Shown here one piece after another: positions 41,563-56,176 of a DNA stretch of 64,000 nucleotides; the first letter of the stretch is position 1; the number at the start of each line of letters is the position of its first letter. The notes beneath the pieces were generated by a model that was not told the origin of the DNA, did not search any database, and saw only the letters and a program-made list of their open reading frames with translations. The stretch is from the human T2T-CHM13v2.0 reference genome, Homo sapiens: the NCBI RefSeq assembly GCF_009914755.1, contig NC_060932.1; one strand, written 5' to 3'. The position numbers were made by a program, and so were the translations under genes.

Positions 41563-42069
41563 ATATTGGTTATTTTAATTTGCTACTGCTGCATAACAAA
41601 GTAGCCCCCAGTTGTGCTGATTAAAATACGTAAATTTAGTATTTCAGAGTTTCTGTGGGTTGGGAATTCAGGGGCAGCTCATCTGGGTGGTACTGGCACA
41701 GTGTCTCTCAGGAAGTTGCCATCAAGATGTCAGCTGGGGATGCAGTCATCTGAAGGCCCAACTAGGGCTGGGATTCACTTCCAAGATCCTCAGACGGCTG
41801 CTGGCAGAAGCTCTCAGCTCCTCACCTCATGGACCTCCCATAGGGCTGCCAACCATCCTCTTACACTGCAGCTAGCTTTTCCCAGGGTGACCCAAGAGAG
41901 AAGGCAGAAGCCACGAGGCTGTCATGGCCTAGTCTAGACATCACATATCATCACTTCTGCCACATTCTATTTGCTAGAAGCAAATCACTAAACCAGCCCA
42001 CCCTCAACAGCAGGGGAATTGTCAAAGGGAAGTATATCGAAGAATGTGTACATATTTAAAACCCCCACA
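41563..42069 (-). mobile_element. MaLR solo LTR (MLT1 family)
   Basis: TGCTGCATAACAAA..TGCAGTCATCTGAAGGC..CACTTCCAAGAT..TCACTTCTGCCACATTCTATT. Confidence 0.8.
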
Positions 42070-42568
42070 TGGCCTATCATTTTCTTTTCCTAAATTGTCT
42101 CCAGTTTTAGTATCATATCATACTAAACTCATAAGGTGAGTTGGCTGGCTTCTCTCCCTGGCTATGAGAGGGATTAATTAATTGCCCGCAAAATAATCTG
42201 GTCTTTTTCAATGAGAGGGTAACTATGGGAGGGAGATTACTGATTTACTTTATTTCATGTTAAATGTTTGCTCAGGCTACCAGTTTAGGAGATCAATATT
42301 TTTAGAACATATTCCAGATTCTGAAAACTTGATTGTCATTCGCTTAAACTTTACACATCTCCATCTGCTTGGCACTGGCTTAGAGTGCTGCGAAATTCCC
42401 ACATTCCGGCAAAACACGGTGAAAACAGAGAAGTGACCTCAGTCATTTTAAAAAGTCAGCATGAAGAGTGGGGAAACTAAAAGCTTTAAAAGGTTAATCA
42501 ACAGATGCTTAATTAATTTTTTAAAAATTCAAGGGTAAACTCCCACTCATTCCGGTAAACTTAGAGAA

Positions 42569-43763
42569 TAGTGTTGAATGGAACTCAAACTTTTTTATCT
42601 CGGGACCCTTTTACAGTAAAAAATATTAAGGATCCCATAGAGCTGTTTCTTTCTTTCTCTCTGTGTGTGTGTGTGTGTGTGTCGTGTGTGTGTGTGTGTT
42701 TCTCTCTCTCATAGAGCTCTTTCTCTCTTTCTTTCTCTCTCTCTCATAGAGCTCTTTCTCTCTCTCTCTTTCTTTCTTTCTTTCTCTCTCTCTGTCCCTC
42801 TTTTTGTCTCTCTCTCTCTCTCTGTCTCTCTCTCTTTGTCTCTTTCTCTCTCTCTCTCTCTCTCTGATTCTTGCTCTGTCACCCAGGTAGGGGCACATTG
42901 TTACAATCATGGCTTGCTACAGTCTAGAACTTCTGAGCTCAAGCAATCCTCCCACCTCAGCCTCGAAGTAGCTGGGACTACAGGTTTGTGCCACTGTACC
43001 CAGCTAATTTTTTTAATTTATTTTTTGTAGAGACAGGATCTCACTATGTTGCCCAGGCTGGTCTTGAACTCGTGGGCTCAAGCGATCCTCCTGATTCAGC
43101 TTCCCCGAGTACTAAGATTACAAGCATGAGCCACTCCACTCAGTCCCATAGAGCTTTTTCTTAAATGTGACTTATATCTAGCAATATTTACTATATCAGA
43201 AATTAAAACTGAGAGTTTCTAAAACTATGTATATATTAATTCATTTGAACATAGCATAATAAACCAATTTCACATTAATACAGACAACATATTTTTCTGA
43301 AAAATAACTATATTTTCCAAAAACAAATCAGTGCAAAGAGGGTCACTACTTTCCATTTTTGCAAATCTGTTTAACATCTGGCTTAAGAAAAAAACAGATA
43401 CGTTCCCATATTGCCATCTACATCAATGTGGTGGAATAGGTTGTGTCAGTTGAGGTATGTGAAGATCTGGCTTCGCTTGGATATGTAGTTGGAAAAAGGA
43501 GGAGTATTTTAATAGCCTTTTCATTTAATTGTGAAATTCTTTTTGTATACTACATAAAAACTCAACAAGTAATTTCTTAAAGGCTGGTTACAGAGTGGAA
43601 TCACAAAGAATATTAATGAGCTTTTCATATCCTTTACACTTGCAAGAGAGGGAAAGTGAAAAAGTCCAATAACATTGCTGTATTATGAAGAATTTTGACC
43701 CTAGAACCCCTTGAAAGGGTCTTTGGGGAGCTCCCTGGGTCCCCAGGCTACACTTTGAAACTG
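42569..43763. mobile_element. hAT-Charlie1-like DNA transposon interrupted by an Alu
   Basis: Charlie1-like ends (CTCAAACTTTTT..GGGACCCTTTTACA; GGGTCCCCAGGCTACACTTTGA) and AT-rich interior. Confidence 0.7.
42645..43143 (-). mobile_element. AluJ-like with (CT)n/(GT)n tail
   Basis: TSD TCCCATAGAGCT at 42633-42644 and 43144-43155. Confidence 0.92.
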
Positions 43764-44031
43764 GAAGTTTAGGCACTCAAATATACCTTGACGTTAAGCT
43801 ATTTTTAAAAATCACAGAACCAGAGTATGATAGACTGGACAAGAACTCAGTGAGTGGTGGGGCCCATGTCCTCATTTTGAGAATAAAATGGCAGCCCAGG
43901 GAGACAACACAATTTGTCCAGGATCTTTCCAGAGCAGAGTTCATGCATGCCCTGTTCTTTCCACTACTGTGTATAAAAAGGAGCAAGATAAAGGGAAAAA
44001 AGGAGGAAAAAGATAATATAAAAGCAGCACA

Positions 44032-44355
44032 GGCCAGGTGCAGTTGTTCATGTCGGTAATCCCAGCACTTTCAGAGGCCAAGGAGGGAAGATCACTTGAG
44101 GTCAGGAGTTCAAGACCAGCCTGGGCAACATGGCGAAACCCTGTCTCTACTAAAAATACAAAAATTAGCTGGGTGTGATGGCACCTGTAATCCCAGCTAT
44201 TCGGGAAACAGGAGAATTGCTCGAGCCTGGGAGTTAGAGGCTGCAGTGAACCATGATGGTTTGAGCCTGGAAGTTCAAGGCTACAGTGAGCTATGATGGT
44301 GCCACTGCACTCCAGCCTTGGCAACAGAGCTAGACTCTGTCTCAAAAGAAAAAAG
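44032..44355 (+). mobile_element. AluJ-like with a 40-nt internal duplication
   Basis: TSD AAAAGCA(G/A)CACA; duplicated unit at 44221-44260 and 44261-44300. Confidence 0.92.
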
Positions 44356-45477
44356 CAACACAATGTTGTAAGAGCAGATTGTGACAGGCTCCACTCTCGA
44401 TGGTTTTCCATGACGATTGTCCAGTTTATAGATGTCTTGTCCTCAGAAATCCCTGGTTATGCCTGCATTGGATCATGCTGTTGCTGCTAACAGTTTTACC
44501 ATCCACAGATGTGAGAAAAATAGGGGAAAAAGTAAATCCATAAAATTATACTTCTTATCCTTATAAGAGGAGGGATGGAAGAATTAGATACTTTACAATA
44601 ATGCTAATAATTAACATTTATTAAAATTTATTAAGCACTTACTATGTTCTCATTCATTCATTTGTTCATCATTCATTTATTCACTCATCCATCTTTCTCG
44701 TAATATTTACCAAGCACCTATTATGTGCCAGTCATACTACTAGGTATGCAATGGGTAAAGAAAACAGACACGGTCTAGAGTTTTGCATTGTTATTCACTC
44801 ATGACTCCAGCAATCTGATGGGGCAGGCACTGTGGTAACCCCCATGTTACTCATCAGATGACCGAGGCAAGAGAGGTGCTTACCAAGGTCACAGAACCAG
44901 TGAGAAATGGAGACTTCAATCCAAGTCTCATGCTTAACCATGACACTATATTGCCTCCCAGATAAGACTCTAACGTGGCTTTGAGTCACTTATAGTTTAT
45001 TTATGTTAATTTATACTCCCTTCAAGTCCAGCATTGGAAACAGAGAGTCCGTACTGCCCTGTCTGTCGTGGCCCTTTCACCTTCTTCCTGTGAATAGCTG
45101 GCCCAACATCACACCTTGTATCTGTAAGCAGGACTATCCCTAGGAGTTGACAGGAAATGGCATTGAAGAGGGGGTGGTGTACTAGATGGATCACACGGTG
45201 CTGGTGGTGGCAGTGGTCATGATGAAGAGGACACTGATGAGGCCGGGCGGTATCACATAAAATCTCTGATCCCCTCTAAGTGCTCTTGAGATAATATTTG
45301 AAATCTTAGGGCATTGACTTCCTCTCTCGTTTTTAAATCTGAGAGTAAAATACTAGTGTTCAAAGGACGCTAGTTGAAGAAAGCCAGATCATGTCTCCAA
45401 AACTTCCCTCTCTCCAAGCATCTACAAGGGGGAGCCAAAGAAGGGAGTGGGAAGGAGAACTGGGTTTCTCTCTACAA

Positions 45478-45618
45478 AGAGGAGGAGGAGAGGAGAAAGA
45501 GAGGAAGGGGGACAAAAGAAGGGGGAAGGAGGAGGGAGGGGAAGAGGAGGAGGGGAAGAGGAGGAGGGGAGGAGGAGGAGGAAGAAGAGAGGATGATGAA
45601 AGAGGAAGAGGAAGAGAA
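45478..45618. repeat. GGA/GAA-rich polypurine tract
   Basis: Seen directly. Confidence 0.85.
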
Positions 45619-45985
45619 GGACTCCTTCTGGAGACTGTGCCTGGCCAGCCCCAAGGTCGGCAGCCCTCTGCTCTAAGGCCAGACCCAGAAAGGGTCTTCT
45701 CTGCAGAGCATGCCAGAGCCAGGGACACCCCACCTCCTCTATGAGTGCAGCACCCTGGGGCTACCTGCTGCACCAACTCAGACAGCTCTGGCCCACCATT
45801 GCAGACCCACCATGCAATTTCTGATCACACCCAAGCTCCCATGGGGTTGTTTCAATTCCAGAGCAACTTTTCCTGACAGCTCCTTGTCTAGAGAAAAGCA
45901 CTGGAGTAAGATGGTCTCAGTCCTGGGTGAGCCTTTGTTACTTAGGCCATGGAACCTGGGACATGCCACTTACCTGTTGTAAGTA

Positions 45986-46300
45986 AGGCACAGTGCCTCA
46001 AGCCTGTAATCCCAGCACTTTGGGAGGTCGAAGCGGGTGGATCACTTGAGGTCAGGAATTCGAGACCAGCCTGACCAACATAGTGAAACTCCATCTCTAT
46101 TAAAAATATAAAAATTAGCCAGGTGTGGTGGCGGCCACCTGTAATCCCAGCTACTTGGGAGTCTGAGGCAGGAGAATCAAGTGAACCCAGGAGGCGGAGG
46201 TTGCAGTGAGTCAATATCGTGCCCACTGCACTCCAGCCTGGGTGACAGAGCGAGACTCTGTCTAAAAAAATAATAATAATAATAAATAAAAATGAAAATA
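45986..46300 (+). mobile_element. AluS-like
   Basis: Full Alu with (AAT)n tail. Confidence 0.95.
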
Positions 46301-47067
46301 AGAATGTTTGCTGTTTCATTTAACCCACCCCCTACTGCTGCACACAGATGCTTCCTAAATTTTTTTTGCTAATTTAAACGTTACAGTTAAGATTTTGTGC
46401 TCTTGAATGTGACTATTTCCTTAAGATCTTTCCCAGATAATTTTCTAGACTGCCTGAAGTCACAGCTTATGAACATTTCTGAGGCCTTATTGGGCATTAT
46501 AGATTTTCCAACCAGAAAATGAGTGTTTCTCTGCACCGTGCTGGCAAAGGGTATTTGTTGTTATTATGTTTTAACTTTTTGCTATAGGATTATCATCCCC
46601 ACTAGTCACCCAGCTGCATGACTGCCCTGCAAGTCTTGTTCTTGCCTTTGGATGGCCAGACCCAGGTGACCACACAAATGTGGTTCATCCAGGGCTCACA
46701 CTTCCCCAGGTGACTCTCCTTAACTGGGGAGTCGTTCTTAATCTCCACTTTGATCTCATGCCTTACGGGTCTTTTTTGTACATGTTACTGAGTTAAGGGC
46801 ATGACCACCTTACACATGCTGGCTTAGCCAAGATTTATTTAGCTAATTATCCCAATCCTTTGAGGATCTGTAAAACAAACACTACATCTACACCAAATGC
46901 GCAGCTCTGTGAAAACTTCCAAGCCAGCAGGAGGTTTCCATCTTATAATCATCATAGAAATAACGTGGAGCAATTAGCAAACGCGTCAACATGCACTATG
47001 GTGTGTGATACTCAAAACCATGCTGGAGTTTCAATTATCATGAAAAATTGTTATTATTCCTGTTTTA

Positions 47068-47382
<315 letters not shown>

Positions 47383-48276
47383 AGGGAAGAATTGAAACTC
47401 AGAAAATCAAACTGCACTGCCCATGATCCTACAGCTAATTACTGACTGAGGCTGGAATCCATTCTTCTGACTAAACCCCAGATGCTCTGCCTCTCCTACT
47501 TTGTGAAAGTAATCAGTCCTGTTGTTTCAGGTTAACTGACGGCTGGTGGTCTCCCACCGTCATGTTACCGTGAGCCACGGGGATCCACAGATGTGGGAAG
47601 GGCGTGTTATATGCAGGCAGTGGGGAGGGGGGACAGGGAGAGAGACTGAAGGAGAATTTCGCTTCAGGTTCCCCTAAATTCCATCTTTACCCCTGACCTG
47701 CTGATTATAAAGTTTAAAACATTAAAACATCCTGCTGAAGGGTCATTCTCCAACCTGAAGGGCATTTAGACACCCAAACTCTTTCCATTTCTGCTTTCAG
47801 ATCTGGGCGAGGTCTGCCTGATTATTCATAGTTTGGCATTTCCTAAATCCAGGTGGCGCTGGGGGAGGAAAGTCCGTCAGACTGACAAATGCTGAATGTG
47901 CACAACTTAGCTGAAGAATCAGCGAATCTGCGGTTTCATGTCAGGAGGTATAAAGATTGGAGGCTATTTTATATTTCCCCCCAAAAGAGGGAAATCTTGG
48001 GCAATGGCCACTCCAGCTTTTTCCTGCACCCCTCAGGCCGTGGATCTGACCTCCACAGAAGGAACGTGTTTCCACGGTGAAGCCATCTGTGGCCCCTCTG
48101 CTGAGGCTGCCCTACAGCCGTGCAAAGGCTTTTTAGTGGCTGGCAAACCCACTGTCTGTAAGCAGTGGCTGCAGGTCCATCGGGCCACACAGGAGCAGAG
48201 CATCTCTGAGTCATCCAGAGTGGAGCCTCTCTTCTGGCGTCCCTGACGGGCCTTCCAGAGCAACGTGCCGCCGAAG

Positions 48277-49033
48277 CGTAATAGCCCGATGGGTTCATCT
48301 TGCCCGCTGCCCAGAAAGCCAAAAGCGCGGAGAACAGGCACTGCCCCAAAGTAAGGGCCTCATGACCACAGGGCCGGGAGAGCCAGGAGAACAGGAGAAA
48401 CTTCCCACACCTGTCTCCCCGGGAATTCGGAGGCCAGGGTGTTTTAAGGGTACTTTGGCAGGCAGAGGCTGGGAAACTGAAACAATGGATGGCATCACAG
48501 AGGTGCCTAAAATCGTCTTCACGCAGGTGCGTCAGTTCGCGGGTGCGGGTCTCAGGACCAGGTGGCGGTTCTTGGTCTGCAGAAATGCTAAATCTGAAAA
48601 AATATCTCAAAGGCCCCTTCTTTAGGTTTCACAGTAGTGATGTTATCTCTAGGGATAGTCAGAGAAGTTATAAATCTTGCCTGCCCTGGTTACATGACTC
48701 TGGGGCAGTACACAATTTATAGAAAAACAAGCTAAGCATGGCAGCTCATTGTTTAACTCTGCCTATCCTTTAGCAAAGCTCAGGCCGCTACCATAATTCA
48801 AACCTTGTTTCATGAATGCAGCTTCAATCTCTGAGGAAGGGAGCGGGGGTTTCAGTTTTTCTTGCTTCAAAGTTTAATTATAAACTAAATTCCTCTCATA
48901 GTTATCTTGGCCTCCATTCCAGAATAAGCAAAAAACAAAACAAGAAACAAGTTAGCCTATGAGATTAGAAGCAAGATGGAGTCAGTCACGTTAGCTTTCT
49001 CTCATTACTTAGAATTCTGCAAAGGCGGTTTCA
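48277..49033 (-). mobile_element. ERV1 solo LTR, LTR8-like
   Basis: Minus strand begins TGAAACCGCCTTTGCAGA; plus strand GCCCGATGGGTTCATCTTGCCCGCTGCC; 4-bp TSD GAAG at 48273-48276 and 49034-49037. Confidence 0.8.
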
Positions 49034-50255
49034 GAAGACTCGGAAGTCCCTCCTCACACAGGAGCTGCCATTGCCCCGCGACTCCCACCTTCCGCTTCCA
49101 CTTCTGCCCATCAGCCCCATTCGGAATAAACCCACCGCCTTCCCCTCAGTCTTCATCCACTCTTAGGGATGGCACTGCCCTCCCTGGCTCAGACTGCCCT
49201 CTCCAGGCCACAGGCCAGACCCTTCCACCAGTCTTTGTGCTGCAGAGACCAGAGCACGGAACCTCCCAAACCTCAGTGTGTTCAACTGCACAGTGGGACT
49301 GCCAATAGTGTCCACCTGACAGGGATGCTGTGAGGACTCCGTGAGGTTATGCCGGTGCAATGTTCAACACAGTGCCCACACGTGGTATGTGCTCAGTACA
49401 TGTAGCTATTGTTATTATTATTATTGTTAATTTCTCTGACTATACTTTTAGTTTGTCCATGTTTCTCAAGATCTTTCAGAGGTGGTGATGACATACCTGT
49501 ATATGTCCTAACACAAGACAAAGAGCAATTATAGCCTCCATTCATCTGAATATTTAATGATCCAGCTCCCTGAGAGTTAAATGAAGCTGCTTGCTATGTC
49601 TGCAGGCAACTGTAAACTGGAATGTTAATCAGTACATGGCCAGGGATGGGGCCCAGCAGCACATCACTAAAGCTCTCCCTTGGGGCTGATATTAATTCAT
49701 CAAGTAACCCACTTAATGTATAGTTGTTCCATGAGTTCCAAATCACTTCGTTATCATCATCCAACCCAAATATCTTCATTTTCCTTCACTTTGTCTGCAG
49801 GGGAGCAAAAATGGCTTCTCTCCACTGTTCTAAGTTCTTTGGCTGTGCTACAAATTAAGTTGACATAATACAGATGAACAGGGAGAAAACCATAATTAAA
49901 TACATAATTATATATATGGGAGTCCCACAAAATATGAGACTCAAAGAAGGGTCAGATGTTTGAAGCTGATAGAGTGTCCTAAGCTGTAGAAAGGAAGAAG
50001 GGCCTGGGGCCTCCAGGAGGAGGCAGTGGCCAGCCATGGAAGGTCAACGGAGGAAATGCATGGTCAGCAAAGGCTGTCCTGCTATGCAGATAAAAAGTAA
50101 AAGTTGTCTAGAGCAGTCCTCTTCCTGATAAAGATACTTTCATTACTGTAGGTTTCTTTCATAGATGTAGATTTCCTTGACAAAAAGACAGCTTCTTAGA
50201 GCTACTCTTGTGTCTGCAGTTTCTTAGAATAACCAGCATGAAATATACCAGAGAA

Positions 50256-50558
50256 TAGCGGTCCCCAAGCTTTTTGGCACCAGGGACCAGTTTTGTGGAA
50301 GACAGTATTTCCACGGACCGGAGGTGGTGGGATGGTTTCAGGATGAAACTGTTCCACCTCAGATCATCAGACATTAGTTAAATTATAAGGAGTGCGCAAC
50401 CTAGATCCCTCTCATGCACAGCTCACAATGGGGTTAACACTCCTATGAGAATCTGATGCATTCGCTGACCTGACAGGAGGCGGAGCTCAGGCAGCAATGC
50501 TTCCTGGCTCATTGCTCACTTCCTGCTGTGCGGCCTGGTTCCTAACAGGCCCCGGACA
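50256..50558 (-). mobile_element. MER1B hAT MITE, one end missing
   Basis: GCGGTCCCCAAGCTTTTTGGCACCAGGGACC..GATGAAACTGTTCCACCTCAGATCATCAG. Confidence 0.88.
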
Positions 50559-51614
50559 GGCTGAAACTCTCCCAAGAAGTTTTTAAGTCCAGAAACTGAG
50601 TTGGTAGTTTGTCCAATAACCCACCAAAGCGTCATTTCTATGGCAACAAAAGAAAAATATAAGTTAATAACTGGAGCAGAGAATAAACCAAATTTCTAAG
50701 TCTGAAGGGCAGCCAGTTGAGAAAATGTCTAGATTGTGGGTTATAACGAAGCACATTTTGCAGTTTGAATGTCTCTGGCGATCTAAGTGGCCCACAGGGC
50801 AATAGGCACAAAGGTTATCCATACACAGCATGTTGTGGCGATTTCTCCAAAGTTCACATCAGGTCATCTGGCTTCAGCTTGCGGGGCTTCTGGAAAAGGA
50901 CAGCTTTTGTTTTTAGTGATTCCAAGTCAGAAAGGTGGGAGAAATTCTGAAATGTTAGCTTGTAGAGTCATAGCCAGATATTAAGAAAATTCAGGTTCCA
51001 GTACAGTTTAGAGGTAGATAAACATCTCAAGGAACATGAAGGCCAGAATATAATAACAGGTACCCTATAGTTTCTACTGAAACATGGATTTTCTTACAGT
51101 CACCCCCAATTTTACCAAAGGTAATTACAGTAAGACTAATATATCTGCAAAATAACTTTAGTCTTCTGAAACTTGGCCTGAGCATTTACAAAAGTGCAGC
51201 AAGAATGGTGATTGATCATATAAGCTCTTTGAAGTCTGTTTTGCTAGAACTTTTAATAGGGAATCTCAGATTGGACTTTTAAAATCCTATTAAGGTTAGG
51301 AAGCCAAGCAAAGGACTCATCATCAAACTTCGTCTGTAATACCTGTAGATTGGGGTGAATTCCTCTCTTTTCAAGATCCCTAAAATATTCTGAGGTTCCT
51401 GGGCCTGCCAAGAAGTGACATTCCTTACCCACCTTTAATGTAACAATATGAACTATGTATTCAAGGTACCACATCAGTTGTTTGTTTTTCCAAGGGCTTC
51501 ATTGGCTCCATAAAGTCAACCTTAGTTCCTTAAAGTTGTCTGGCATATTATAAAATGTGACATTCCAGTCAAAGCATTGGTAACATAATCAGTGTTTTCA
51601 ATTGTGTCCTGTTA

Positions 51615-51987
<373 letters not shown>

Positions 51988-54033
51988 TCATTCATTTGCA
52001 TGTAATTAGTTCTTATTCTGCTTCATGTTATTAGCAGTTTCATGAATCCATCAGTTTCCTTATTAGAATTCTGGAGATTACTATGCAGTCTGGTGGTATG
52101 ATCATAAAGTTATCAGAAACCTGTATTCCAAAATATTTGTCAGAGTGTTTTCCATGAATCTCCTTAAAGAAGCTTTTAGAGAATTAAAGTAAAACAATAA
52201 ATGGATGACAAAGACTTAAAATAGCCATGGTTAAAGATCGGATGAGATTTCATTATAATAATGATGCACCTGACAAGCTATTTATTTATTTTTATTTTTT
52301 TATTTTTTATTTTTAGATTCTTATTTTTTTTTTATTATTCATTTTATTTCCATGGCAAACAACATCTTAAAATAATAACTAGAATCATGACTGATTTATC
52401 GGAACTTAGCAGATTTCTAGGAATTGCATGTAATAACGTATATCCACATAACTCAAAGAAGGTTAAACATCATTTCCTACTTGATAATGCTTTCCATGCC
52501 AATGTAACATAAAATAAGGCCAATTAGCTTAGTAGGTATGTTTTATAAGAAGACAGAACAATTTGCTTTTGAAAACTTCCAGGGGCCCATCTGAGAAATC
52601 CCGAAGTTATTTCGAGATCAAAAAGATTTAACTTTGAATTTGATTTTGGAAAGTACCAATATCAAAAGGTTTAAACATTTGATTAAATAGGATCACAGAT
52701 CATTATGAAGTAAAATCAAAGTGACATGAGATCTTAAAGGCAAATATTAAAGGCTTACATAATCATAAAAAGCCTTAACTCTTTTAATATTGAGAGACTC
52801 AGTTTTCTTAAGTAATCAAAGACCTAATAATGAAAACATGAAGCACAGGAAATTATTTTGATAAAACACAGAATCCTCTTTTTTTTAAGGCAGATCACTC
52901 AAAAGGTGGAAAAAAAATTTCACTATCTCTTATTAAGACTACAAAACACCCTTGTTGTTAGAAGAGAAGACTAAATTCTAGTTTTGCATCAGTGTACTTT
53001 TGATATTAAGACTCATTTTAAAAACCGTTATAATAAATGTATTCCATTTTAGTCAGTTTGACCCTATAGGATCCCTCTTGCTCTCTTTCTTCCCAACTTC
53101 ATGTCCATTCAGTTTTCCCCCATCTTTCCTTCTTTCATTTTGAAACAACCTTTTGATAACCTCTAAACTAGACAAAGTTATTTTCCCTCTACAAAAAAAA
53201 CCTCATACCTTATAACAACTTACTTTCCTTGTATACTTTCTATGCAGAATTGTTTTTCTTATCATTTACAGTAGTTTTAATTATGTTATTAGAATTTTAA
53301 GACTTAGTAACCCTAATTTCCAGTGAAAACCTAGGAAGCAAGCAATTTTGAACTGTCACATAACATTTGATGACTGCATATTTCATCATTTCTAGAAATA
53401 TATGCTTCCTCATAGAATACTTTTTCAATGTGGAACAGGAAATATTTACTAACCCAAGTATATTTTGTCTCTATAAAATTTAAGAACCCAAAGGTAAATA
53501 AATTTATGTTCACCAGTTAATGTTTCAGTACTTTATCTTATTTGGAAATAAACTAGACATTCGATGAAGATATCGAAGGGTATACTTACCAAAGAGATTG
53601 GGAAACCTTTTTAAACAGACATATTATAAAACATTATTACTGTTTAAAAGTCCATTTATAAACCTTTATCGCTCTTACATCTGTGTAATTCACTTGTTCT
53701 TAACAATTATGTTTGGATTATTCATAAAAATTAAATAAGACATTAGATAAAGCTAGCCATCATTTCACGCTATTTCCATTAACTATTTTCATAGCACCTG
53801 CATGTTATGAGAGTCACAAAAGCAAGAACATAAAAAGTTAAATAATTGGACTTTTGTCTTACTGATGTGATTGATATACACACAGTAATGGACACTGCAG
53901 TTTTACTTGCACAGTTGCTCTTAGGTTGAACCCATAGTCTTACGATTTTAAACATCTAAGAGATGAAAATTTGGTTGCATTATATTTAATGCTAACAATT
54001 CTGAAGACATGCCTGTTTTAATTAAACAAATAA

Positions 54034-54363
<330 letters not shown>

Positions 54364-56176
54364 TGAAGTTGAAAAGCACTTTGGTTAATTTCTCTTTTTC
54401 TGAGAGAACAATTTTTATAAACACTTATTTTTCTTTAAGCCAATTAAATAGACCTTATCCAGAGATAGAAAATATCACATTACATGACATACATACATAC
54501 TTAGACATACATAACCATATAGATAGAAACAGATCTTACTAAATTTTAACCATGTGCCAGATACAATAATTCAAAACTCACTTATAAGAGAATAGCTGGA
54601 TCTGGCAAATGGGACCAGTGAAGTTTCCCTGCTCAGGTGGCTCATGCTTTTGTACTCAAGACTTGTCATTTGCCAGTTTCCAAATAGTTTCTTTTTTTTT
54701 TTTCTTTTTAACCTGAGAATCATCTCCCTGAAGTTTGCACTTCAAGAAGGATCTTGATAAGATCTTAGATAAGACAGGTTAGAAAATTTACATCTCAAAA
54801 GCACAGAGAAAGAATTCAAGTTTTCAACAGGAAGGAGTTTTGGGGGGCACATTTGCCTATTATCAGAAGTCTAGGATAAATCTATTAAAACTTTTCCTTC
54901 TTTTTCTTAAATGCAAGACACTTTTGTTTCCAGTGTTCTGATTTGCTGAAGTTTTTGCAAACATCTTGAGATGAACAGGTGAGGTTTGGGTACTGGTAAG
55001 AAGGCTAGGTGGGCTTTGAATTGCTTCCAGAGGCACATTCCTGCTGTGATAAAGCCTCAATGTGTAAGACGAGGACAGTTGTTTTTAATTCCCCTAAGAA
55101 CTGGGTTGCAGCCTGAATGTCAAGGTGCTGACCCATCCATCCGATCTTCAGTTTGCTCCTTTATATCAAGAAGCAGATTTCCAACTAGGATGGAAACCAA
55201 AATATTCCTCTGTTCTAGAGTTAGAGCTATTTGTCTAGAAAAGTTTTAATAAACTGTTTTCTTTCTTTCTGAGTACACAGTTCCATTTTAGCTTAGGAGG
55301 GAAGAGCTAAAGGAAAAAATTCCTATCATGCTTTATATAAACCAAAGCTCTAAACCGAAGATATACCTAACAAGTGACTCAAGACCAAAACAAACATGCT
55401 TTTCACCACTGAACCATGAATGCATGAGGCATCTCCAAAGAGAGACAAAAAAGATGCAGCCCTTTCACAATCCAGGGCCACTCCCAAAGACAGCCACGGA
55501 GAGAAACCCTGAGACGATGCTCCTGAGAAGTGGCAAGAGTTGGTGTGCCAGCTGCCAATGGGCTGCACCCATGTTTCTGTCCGGCCACATTCTTGGAGAT
55601 TTCCAACCTTTTGGATGGCCACCTGCACATACAGGCCCAATAACCCACGTGCCCCCGCTGGCTGCAAAGTCAAACAAAGTTCTTGGGGAAGAAAAAATAA
55701 AAGAAGACGTATAGGAAAGCAATAACTATCCACGGGAGGGAAAGGGTTAATAACTAATGGGTACCCCAACACCAAGACTCAATTCAAACCCATTCCTACA
55801 AATGTTTCCCGCCTGAGCTAATGGAATTTACTGAGAAAATGGAGATTTGGAGGAGTAAAGTTTTAAATCAGGGGCCCAGAGCTCCAGAGTTCTTCCAGAG
55901 GGTCAGGACCAGGGAGTTGTGGATATAAGAGAGCACAGAAGAGGAATTTAGGCCAAATTTAAACAATTTTAACTTGGTTCTAAACTTGATTTCTGCTTTT
56001 AATCTTGCTAAAGGGGCCCTAAAGCTAATCATTAAATCCATTATGTCTTCTTTTCAGTTGGATTATACCATAGGTATCAGTAATACAGTTGTTTAGGATG
56101 TGAGCTCTCTAAAAATTTTTTCAAATATAGCCAATTTATTTATCCCAGAGGTAGTGACTCAAACCAATAAGTCTTT

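Noticed and set aside
47969-48625. 213-aa and 87-aa ORFs
   Set aside because: Overlap the LTR8-like solo LTR; no retroviral protein motifs.
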